Of a stretch of 32,000 nt of DNA, positions 18,801 to 25,831 are shown piece by piece. The DNA is from Candidatus Jordarchaeales archaeon (lineage in GTDB: Archaea; Asgardarchaeota; Jordiarchaeia; Jordiarchaeales; Freyrarchaeaceae): the NCBI GenBank assembly GCA_038858525.1, contig JAWCFL010000011.1, positions 25,284-57,283 on the forward strand, given 5' to 3'. Numbering within the stretch: position 1 is the stretch's first letter; each line of letters starts with the position of its first letter. The notes below the pieces were generated by a model that had not been told where the DNA came from, made no database searches, and worked only from the letters and a program-made list of their open reading frames with translations. The translations under genes and the position numbers were made by a program.

Positions 18801-19183
18801 ACGCTCCACACAACCACCTCCGACATCCGATATCGACAGCCGAAAAAGATACCAGAATCCAGATATCAAAACCAGAAAACGATACGCAAAATCTAAAGAG
18901 AAAAAACATCGTAATACGTAGAGAACACCAACAGAATACGAGAAATACGCGGGAAGGCCAGCTGCGATTGAAAAGGAACACGAGCTCAAGAAACACTAAG
19001 AGAGCTAAACGAGAACCAAGAGCGACGTAGGTTTACAAAAAAGTATACCCACAGGGAGCCTAAAGCAGAAGAGAACATCAAACGAAAAGGATAAATACCA
19101 GAAATATGGAGGGAATACCTCCATAAATAAGAAAGACGAAGAGCACAACAGTATTAGTTACTTTGGAACATGTGTTCCAAAAA

Positions 19184-19546
19184 TCACGACTTTTTGCTCT
19201 CCTTAAGCGCAGCATAAGAAGTAAGGAGGTCCACCCAAGATTTGAGAAAACCCTTGGCGAACCCCGCCCTCTCAGGAAGGTTTGAGGAGAAAACTTGCGC
19301 CAGAGAATCCAGATACTTCGCGTATCTCCTAGCGTCTTCTGCTGAGAGACCATTCATTAGTGAAACTATTAGGGAAATCTGGTTAAGTTTTTCAAGACCT
19401 GCAAGCCAACCTCGCCAGGCCAGCTCAACCCATTTATCTTTAAACCGTGATTCCTCCAAAGCTGCTTTAGCGATTTCAATGGCCTTCTTGTGATCGCCTT
19501 CAGCCAATGCTTTAACGAATTCTTCAACTTCACTCAAAACAACCAC
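19184..19546 (-). CDS. Hypothetical small helical protein
   Basis: 120 aa ORF with a regular amphipathic composition; stop codon directly abuts a palindrome. Confidence 0.5.
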   Translation of the reverse strand: MVVLSEVEEFVKALAEGDHKKAIEIAKAALEESRFKDKWVELAWRGWLAGLEKLNQISLIVSLMNGLSAEDARRYAKYLDSLAQVFSSNLPERAGFAKGFLKSWVDLLTSYAALKESKKS

Positions 19547-19692
19547 CCTGCTTAATTAAATATATAAAAAGACGACTAATTAAGATTTCCAGCAAAATGA
19601 CGATTTCAGCAATCGAAAATGGATGTCGTAATCAGATATCGATACTTGAATTGCATTTTTTATTTTTGTTCAGTGCATGAAGTGCGACAAGC

Positions 19693-19713
19693 ACCCCTTC
19701 GTTTCTACTGTAA
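19693..19713 (-). promoter_or_regulatory. ORB-like element A
   Basis: Minus strand TTACAGTAGAAACGAAGGGGT, close to the archaeal Orc1/Cdc6 origin recognition box pattern (TTCCAsTGGAAAC-AAA-GGGGT). Confidence 0.75.
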
Positions 19714-19848
19714 CAGGTAAACTTATAAATCACTAAGCTAAACTTGAGCTTTTTATACAAAAAACTTATATCTTCTAAGTCCCAAGTATTTTGGGGGAGA
19801 GTTTTAATTTTAAAAGTTTAATTAATAAACTTAAGAGAGTTTTACTTT

Positions 19849-19870
19849 TTCCAGTTGAAACAGTGGGGTG
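19849..19870 (+). promoter_or_regulatory. ORB-like element B
   Basis: TTCCAGTTGAAACAGTGGGGTG followed by more G-rich sequence (GGTGGG). Confidence 0.75.
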
Positions 19871-19905
19871 GGTGGGTTTCCTTCTTTTATTTTGGAACAC
19901 ATGTT

Positions 19906-20193
19906 CTAAATGTTTTCTTCCTCTACAACTACAAAAACTCGGCACTTAACAATATCCTTGTATTTCTTGAAGAAAGCATTGAAGACTTCTGCGTGTTCAT
20001 CTTGAACTAGTATTGCGCTATCTCCTGCCCTGTCGCAACCATAGAAGTCCACAAGGCCTAATTTTTGCCCCTTTAATGTTTTTCCTTCCTTGTTTTTCCA
20101 TTTGTAGGCGTATCCGAAGAGTTCCTTGAAGAATTTCACCCTGCGCGGGTTACTCGAATGTTCCGCCTTTACGTCGTAGACGTATATTCTCAA
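19906..20193 (-). CDS. Hypothetical 95 aa protein, possible ferredoxin-like (Cas2-like?) fold
   Basis: MRIYVYDVKAEHSSNPRRVKFFKELF ... GLVDFYG ... DSAILVQDEHAEVFNAFFKKYKD ... CRVFVVVEE gives a beta-alpha-beta-beta-alpha-beta pattern. Confidence 0.55.
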   Translation of the reverse strand: MRIYVYDVKAEHSSNPRRVKFFKELFGYAYKWKNKEGKTLKGQKLGLVDFYGCDRAGDSAILVQDEHAEVFNAFFKKYKDIVKCRVFVVVEEENI

Positions 20194-20271
20194 AGTTTTC
20201 CCTCCATCAATACGTTGCAGCCATTCGTCTTTGAAGACTTGTATTTTCGTTGTCTTTTTGTGGTCAATAGC

Positions 20272-20638
20272 TTAACATGTTAACACAGTGTTAACATAGC
20301 CGTTTTGAGTTGTTAACACGTTGTTTTTGCTATGAATAATGCAAATTATCTTAGTTAAAAATTGACCCCTTTATTTCAACTGCAACATTTTTTTCGATAT
20401 TTTTCTCTTTCCTTTTCGTGTTAACACGGTTTGTTAACCTTTATTTAGAAAAAACAATGGAAAATTGTTTTTTTGAAGATTTACCGCTTTTTATTTCAAT
20501 TTTTCTTGTTAATACTTTTTAAAAATTCTCTTTGTCAAAAGATGGCGTATTTTTTCCTTTTTTTGTTCTTTTCGTGTTCGTCACGTTAACAAATTTACAC
20601 ATTATTTCTCTTTGTTTTTAACGCGTTGTTTTGTTAAC
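20272..20638. repeat. Cluster of seven GTTAAC-core palindromic repeats (consensus about tGTTAACac)
   Basis: GTTAAC at 20279, 20290, 20312, 20420, 20433, 20585 and 20633; includes GTTAACAC-A-GTGTTAAC (20279-20295) and GTGTTAACAC (20418-20427). Confidence 0.8.
20365..20385 (-). promoter_or_regulatory. ORB-like element C
   Basis: Minus strand TTGCAGTTGAAATAAAGGGGT. Confidence 0.7.
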
Positions 20639-20968
20639 GTATTGCGTGTTTTAGGTGAACCATTTCCCCCTTTAGAAAATAACGTTTTTTTGCTGGCTTC
20701 AAAGTTTTTATGGACTCTTCTTTTAGCTTATCGTAGAAAGCGGCATATGTTCTGTTTTTCAGAGGGATTGAGCTGCGGGTTAATGTTCAAGTGTAAAGTG
20801 TTTGGTGTTGGCTCCTGAAAGCCCCTGAGGTTGTATTTTTGTGGGTGGAATGCATTAGTCTTGCAGTTTGATTATTCTGCTTTTTATGTGTTGCTGGTTG
20901 GAGTTGTTAAGGGTGTTTTTCGGGTGTAATAGATAGACATATATATTTACGCGTGTAAGTTTAACTTA

Positions 20969-20986
20969 CCTCGTTTCCAGTGGAAG
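20969..20986 (-). promoter_or_regulatory. ORB-like element D, abutting the wHTH gene start
   Basis: Minus strand CTTCCACTGGAAACGAGG. Confidence 0.65.
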
Positions 20987-21466
20987 GTGTGCTGGTTGGG
21001 GGCGAAGCGCTACAAGATCGAGATAGTTGATGCCGAGCGCAACGTGAAGGCTACTTTGACTATTGAGGGTGATGTTTCCCCCCAGCTGGCGGCATCTCTT
21101 GTGGAGGAGCTTTCCGAGAAACTGTCTGAGGGCGGAGTGGCGGAGGAGGCACCTGCTGGGTTTGAGGCTTCCGAGGTTGACGCCGAGCTCCCCGACACTG
21201 AAAGTCTCTCGATGAAGGATAAAATTGAACTTGTACTGCTAAAGTATTTCCAGTATGGGTGGTTTACTTCTGGTGATGTTCATGAGCAGTTTACTCGGGT
21301 TTTTGGTGAGACCTCTCTAAGCGTGGTTTCAACATACTTGGCGAGGCTGCGTAGTGAGGGGCTCTTGGAGCGTAAGGGAACGAAAAAGCAGTATTATTAC
21401 CGGCTTAAGGAAAGTGGCCGGCTCAGGGCTTCTAGGCTTAGCGAGCTTCTTCAGCTTCTTCCGTGA
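20987..21466 (+). CDS. Winged-helix domain protein, origin-adjacent
   Basis: SMKDKIELVLLKYFQYGWFTSGDVHEQFTRVFGETSLSVVSTYLARLRSEGLLERKGTKKQYYYRL wHTH; GTG start. Confidence 0.75.
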   Translation: MCWLGAKRYKIEIVDAERNVKATLTIEGDVSPQLAASLVEELSEKLSEGGVAEEAPAGFEASEVDAELPDTESLSMKDKIELVLLKYFQYGWFTSGDVHEQFTRVFGETSLSVVSTYLARLRSEGLLERKGTKKQYYYRLKESGRLRASRLSELLQLLP

Positions 21467-21481
21467 AGTTGCTTCTCGACC

Positions 21482-21500
21482 GAGTGTGTTTCCAGTGTAA
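21482..21500 (-). promoter_or_regulatory. ORB-like element E (degenerate)
   Basis: Minus strand TTACACTGGAAACACACTC. Confidence 0.5.
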
Positions 21501-21537
21501 TATTAATGGATATATTTGCCGGAAGTTAAGCATTATT

Positions 21538-21558
21538 CACCTTTGTTTCCAGTGGAAG
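21538..21558 (-). promoter_or_regulatory. ORB-like element F, just upstream of orc1/cdc6
   Basis: Minus strand CTTCCACTGGAAACAAAGGTG. Confidence 0.7.
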
Positions 21559-21566
21559 TAGGAAAA

Positions 21567-22826
21567 GTGGTGGTTTGTTTGGGTGAACGTTCTCTTGAGG
21601 CGCTTTTTGAAAGGTTTCTCTCAACCAAGATCTTCAAGAATCGTGACGTGTTGAGTCATACTTATGTTCCTGACGAGTTACCTCACCGTGACGAGCAAAT
21701 AGAGAAGGTTGGGTTAATTCTCGCCTCAGCTCTTAAGGGCGGCACTCCTTCGAACGTTTTCATTTATGGAAAGACGGGTACAGGTAAGACTGCTGTCGTA
21801 CGCTTCGTTCTTAAGCACCTTGTTGCTAAGTGTCACGAGCTGAATGTGCCTGCTCCCTTACCCGCTTACCTTAACTGTAGAATTGTAAACACTAATTATC
21901 GTGTTCTGGCTCGGCTTTGCTCCTACTTAGGTGTCGAGGTTCCCTTTACGGGTCTGCCTACCGATGAGGTTTACAGTAGGTTTAGGGACGTGCTTGATAG
22001 CAGGGACGTGTTGATGATAATCGTGCTCGACGAGGTTGAACGGTTAGTTGAGCGGGACGGTAGTAACGTCCTCTACGACCTAACTAGGATGAATCACACT
22101 GTTCTTAAGCGGGCGCGCGTCAGCATAATAGGCATCACGAATGACTTAACGTTCAAGGATAACCTTGATCCTAGAGTGCTGAGTAGCTTAGGGGAAGAAG
22201 AGCTAGTTTTCCCGCCTTACACTGCCGCTGAGCTCAGGGACATTCTTTGGCAGAGGGCTCAGCTTGCCTTCAGAGAGGGCGCTCTTGAAGGTCCAGGAGT
22301 CATCAATCTTTGCGCAGCTATAGCCGCTAAGGAGCACGGGGACGCCCGTCGCGCCCTAGACTTGCTTAGAGTCGCTGGCGAGATAGCTGAGCGGGAGGGC
22401 GCAGAAAAGGTTTCCGAAGAGCATGTGAGAGCCGCTCAACACGTCATCGAGCGAGATCACCTGGTTGAGGCACTGAGAACTCTCCCTATGCATTCTAAGC
22501 TTGTACTTTACACTATTTTTGAGTTGACTAAGCAGGGAAGGGGTAAAGCTAGGACCGGGGACATATACAACTACTACTTGAACGTTTGCAGGCGTCTACA
22601 TGTTGAGCCGTTAACTCAGAGGCGGGTTAGTAGCCTTATAAATGAGCTTGACATGCTGGGTGTCGTTGCGGCTCATCTTAAAAGCAGAGGACGCCATGGG
22701 CTCTCGAAAGAAGTGAAACTCAACGTTTCAGTAAATCAAGTCAAACAAGTCTTAGAGGAGGATTCATTCATAAAGAAGCTTTCATCCAGTGACTCGTCTC
22801 CTCTCTTTGAGGCTAGTCCCCAGTAA
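21567..22826 (+). CDS. cdc6: Orc1/Cdc6 replication initiator
   Basis: SLEALFERFLSTKIFKNRDVLSHTYVPDELPHRDEQIE, Walker A YGKTGTGKTAVV, Walker B IIVLDEVERL, C-terminal winged helix. ORF track start 21516 (TTG) lies in the promoter/ORB; a GTG at 21567/21570 or TTG at 21579 is more likely. Confidence 0.93.
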   Translation: MVVCLGERSLEALFERFLSTKIFKNRDVLSHTYVPDELPHRDEQIEKVGLILASALKGGTPSNVFIYGKTGTGKTAVVRFVLKHLVAKCHELNVPAPLPAYLNCRIVNTNYRVLARLCSYLGVEVPFTGLPTDEVYSRFRDVLDSRDVLMIIVLDEVERLVERDGSNVLYDLTRMNHTVLKRARVSIIGITNDLTFKDNLDPRVLSSLGEEELVFPPYTAAELRDILWQRAQLAFREGALEGPGVINLCAAIAAKEHGDARRALDLLRVAGEIAEREGAEKVSEEHVRAAQHVIERDHLVEALRTLPMHSKLVLYTIFELTKQGRGKARTGDIYNYYLNVCRRLHVEPLTQRRVSSLINELDMLGVVAAHLKSRGRHGLSKEVKLNVSVNQVKQVLEEDSFIKKLSSSDSSPLFEASPQ

Positions 22827-24327
22827 AGTCCAGCTGAGCCACCCAGAAGTCCTTCAAATTAACGATGTACGGTTTTCCGGGTGTTGGTGTTAAGCCCATG
22901 GCTTTCTGATAATCTGTTTGGTCCTGAAATGTCCCTGAGTTTATCACGGTCACACCGCGATAATTTTCTTGCCCATTCACGTGAAGGTGGCCACAATGAA
23001 AAATATCTGGGACCTTCTCGATAACTAAGAGGTCCATTGGTTCAGGGGACAATGGCGTTGAACCATAGACTGGCGCTAAATGTCTTCCTCTAAGAAGCTC
23101 TATCATTGCTTTTTCCGGGTAGTGTGAGTCTATTGATAGAGCTGTCATCACGTCATTCAGCGGGTCTCCATGAAAGCATAACACCTCAACGCCGTGTATT
23201 CTAAAGTATGCTGGGTCTCCAAGCATTTCGACTCCTATTTCGTAAAGTGGTTCACTGTAATCTTTAGGTATGGCTGGCTGGGGTAATGCTTGCCTAGTTG
23301 CATCGTGCCCGCCCGGTATAGCTATAGTCTTAACGTAGTCTGGTACGTTTTCAAGATGCCTCGCTGCTATTTCGTATTGCGCGTAGAGTTCCTCGACGAC
23401 GAGCTCCTTCTCTTGATTCGGGTAGACTCCGACTCCATCCACTATGTCTCCTCCAATTACCAAGTATTTAACTTGTTTTGCCAAGCTTCTGCTTTTCTCG
23501 TCCCCTCTTTTGCCCTGAAGCCATTCTAGGAACCTTGTAAATGGTTTCTCCATGAATTTCTTGCTGCCGAAATGCGTGTCTGAAATGAAGACCGCCATTA
23601 TGGGTTCATCAGCCCTCCTAGGTTTGTGATCGAATGGTATGTCGGGCCAAATGATGTTATCAGCCACAACGAACGCTCCATTACTCCTACCTTCCACGCA
23701 GACTACTTGGTCCAGCATAAGGTGTCGCGCCTTGTCTGTTAAGTTGCTCGGGATTAGAACGCTGACCACACCGTCAAGATCCTCAAGTTCTATGACCATG
23801 GAGCCACTTCGAGCCCTCGAAATTTCCCTGACTAATCCTATTAACTTGACTTCCTCGGCTCTGCCTACTTCACATGTCCTACATATCCCTTTTATGTCCC
23901 CCCTTTTCAGAAAGAGGTTGCTGAGACGCATATATCTATCCTTGAAGTAATTAACAAAGTCGTCTAGGGACCCACTGGTTCCTATCATCTTTGTTGGATC
24001 CATCACCACTTCAAAATCTTCATCTACTTCCCTAGCGGTTAGGGCCGGCTTAGGCTTCAAGCCTGGAGGAATTATACTTTGTGCTTCCTCGCTTTTAGGA
24101 GCTTTTACATTAGTTGCTTCTCGGGGCTCCTCTTTTTCAATTAGCTTCCTAATATCTTCCTCTGTTAGGACAAGTGTTCCCTCTGTGGCCTTAACCTTAC
24201 TTATGACTAAGGAAGCTAAGCTAGGCTCAAGTGCCAATATGACGTCTAGCGCTCTGGGAGTAACTTGCAGTCCGGCTTCAAGCAACTCCTTAACTGTTCT
24301 CTTTGCAACCTGCGATGTCCCTATCAA
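22813..24327 (-). CDS. polB: Archaeal DNA polymerase II (PolD) small subunit DP1
   Basis: OB-fold region then calcineurin-like phosphoesterase: VFISDTHFGSKKF, IGGDIVDGVGVYPNQ, IPGGHDATRQALPQP, HCGHLHVNG; C-terminus overlaps cdc6 3' end. Confidence 0.93.
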   Translation of the reverse strand: MIGTSQVAKRTVKELLEAGLQVTPRALDVILALEPSLASLVISKVKATEGTLVLTEEDIRKLIEKEEPREATNVKAPKSEEAQSIIPPGLKPKPALTAREVDEDFEVVMDPTKMIGTSGSLDDFVNYFKDRYMRLSNLFLKRGDIKGICRTCEVGRAEEVKLIGLVREISRARSGSMVIELEDLDGVVSVLIPSNLTDKARHLMLDQVVCVEGRSNGAFVVADNIIWPDIPFDHKPRRADEPIMAVFISDTHFGSKKFMEKPFTRFLEWLQGKRGDEKSRSLAKQVKYLVIGGDIVDGVGVYPNQEKELVVEELYAQYEIAARHLENVPDYVKTIAIPGGHDATRQALPQPAIPKDYSEPLYEIGVEMLGDPAYFRIHGVEVLCFHGDPLNDVMTALSIDSHYPEKAMIELLRGRHLAPVYGSTPLSPEPMDLLVIEKVPDIFHCGHLHVNGQENYRGVTVINSGTFQDQTDYQKAMGLTPTPGKPYIVNLKDFWVAQLDFTGD

Positions 24328-24552
24328 AGTTTCCGCCCTGCTTATCTCTTAAACCAAAACACACTATAAATTTTTGTGTGATCCGTCTCTTAACTAAAGT
24401 AGAAGTTCACCCTGAGTTTCCGCGTTTTTGTTTTTACCTTTCACTTAAAAGAATAACCATTTATTAATACTTCAAGTTGCGTCGCCTCTTACAAATGACA
24501 AGTAGCTTAAAGATTCCTCATTGTAAGCTCTTTAGCCTAAGACCTAAGACGC

Positions 24553-24582
24553 ATTTGCTCGCTCTTTTTCGAAAAAGCAAAT
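24553..24582. repeat. Inverted repeat / potential hairpin
   Basis: ATTTGCT(24553-24559)...AGCAAAT(24576-24582) enclosing the perfect palindrome CTTTTTCGAAAAAG (24564-24577). Confidence 0.5.
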
Positions 24583-24799
24583 CACTAAACTCTCTCCCAA
24601 CTTCTTCATTTGCAAAGGTTCTCCAACCAATGAGAGGGTTTTGCACATTTTCGTTCTCTTATGACTAATTTTACACATGAATATGCTTCGTTTAAATGAG
24701 ACGGAATTTATTAAATTGAGTCCATAAAAAATATATAGTATTTGTAATTACGTGTTTTTGAATTGAAATCGTTAAAGATCATAGTGGGAGGTTTATTAC

Positions 24800-25780
24800 G
24801 TGTCTAAGATGGAAATTAGGAAGCTTCAGAAAACTGGAGGTAGCACCTTCCTCTTAAGCCTTCCTAAGGGTTGGATTAAGCGTATGGGTCTTAAACAAGG
24901 AGACCTTGTAGCATTAATAGAAAGAGGGGACGGTGCCCTCCTTGTCGATCCTCGCTACTCTGAAAAGGAAAAAGTCAAAATGGCTATTATAGAAATTGAC
25001 GCTAGCCCGAATTTTACAAGAGAAATAACCGCAAACTTCCTTTATGGTTATGACGTTATACGGATCCGCTCGAAGAATGGCATCACGTCCGAGCAGAGAG
25101 ATGCCATTAAGCGCTCGCTTCAACAACTTGTTGGCGTAGAAATAGTTGAGGAAAGCGCTAAGGAGATCACTCTCCAATGCTTACTTTCACCCTCAGCTCT
25201 TTCCCTAAAGAGAACGATAAAGAGAACTTACCTCATAGCTGCTAGAATGCAGGAGGACGCTGTGACCGCTATAAAGGACAAGGACCTTAACTTGGCAGAA
25301 AGTGTTGTGGTGAGAGACGAGGACATTGATAGGCTTTACTTTTTAATGGTCAGGCAGCTTCGCTCAGCGATAATGGAACCCTACTTAGCGGAGAAAATCG
25401 GCATCAGCCCCATAGAATGCTTAGATTACCGTGTCGCAATCAAAAGCATAGAGTCCATGGCAGACTACTCCGTCAAGATAGCCGAGCAAGTCCACCTCAT
25501 ACTTGACGCTAAGATCCCGGAGAACGTTATTGAAAGCATCCTGAAAATAAATCGCATAGCTCATGAAATGCACTCTAACGCCATAGAAGCTCTCGTAAGG
25601 AAGGACGGAGTTTTAGCGTCAAAAACCATCGCGATGAAGCCTCAACGTAACCAAGCCGTAGAGGAAGCTTACAAGGCCCTTGCAAACGAATCAGTAGAAA
25701 TATCTATTCCTCTCAGCACTGTAGTTGACATGCTAGACCGTATATCTGAATGCGGCGTTGACATAGCTGACCTAGCATAA
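24800..25780 (+). CDS. Archaeal phosphate uptake regulator, SpoVT/AbrB domain fused to PhoU
   Basis: EIRKLQKTGGSTFLLSLPKGWIKRMGLKQGDLV AbrB-like domain followed by helical PhoU repeats. Confidence 0.88.
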   Translation: MSKMEIRKLQKTGGSTFLLSLPKGWIKRMGLKQGDLVALIERGDGALLVDPRYSEKEKVKMAIIEIDASPNFTREITANFLYGYDVIRIRSKNGITSEQRDAIKRSLQQLVGVEIVEESAKEITLQCLLSPSALSLKRTIKRTYLIAARMQEDAVTAIKDKDLNLAESVVVRDEDIDRLYFLMVRQLRSAIMEPYLAEKIGISPIECLDYRVAIKSIESMADYSVKIAEQVHLILDAKIPENVIESILKINRIAHEMHSNAIEALVRKDGVLASKTIAMKPQRNQAVEEAYKALANESVEISIPLSTVVDMLDRISECGVDIADLA

Positions 25781-25831
25781 GCTCAAAAAGACCATTAACT
25801 ATTATGTTTTGAGCATAAGGAGGGATGTCTC

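Larger units (their letters stand above)
19693..21558. other. Candidate chromosomal replication origin region
   Basis: Six ORB-like elements, very AT-rich segments, palindrome array, adjacent orc1/cdc6 and DP1 genes, flanking genes pointing away on both sides. Confidence 0.7.

Noticed and set aside
18763-18996. Hydrophobic N-terminal extension/ORF near the AAA ATPase start
   Set aside because: Overlaps the promoter and palindrome area; the conserved protein begins near MGAVGRLYPSVAEIRNAYYSFFG, so the leader is probably untranslated.
16758-20193. Integrated virus/plasmid interpretation
   Set aside because: No integrase, transposase, capsid or target-site duplication visible, and no tRNA boundary nearby; kept only as an alternative explanation.
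20272-20638. Consideration of the GTTAAC array as a CRISPR
   Set aside because: Repeat units are only 6-10 bp with irregular spacing (11 to 152 bp) and there are no cas genes.
20612-20818. 68 aa plus-strand ORF in the origin region
   Set aside because: Low-complexity, T-rich-derived sequence (FLLASKFLWTLLLAYRRK) without domain character; overlaps the palindrome array.
24477-24668. 63 aa plus-strand ORF upstream of the PhoU-like gene
   Set aside because: Composition not protein-like, and it coincides with inverted repeats; more likely non-coding.
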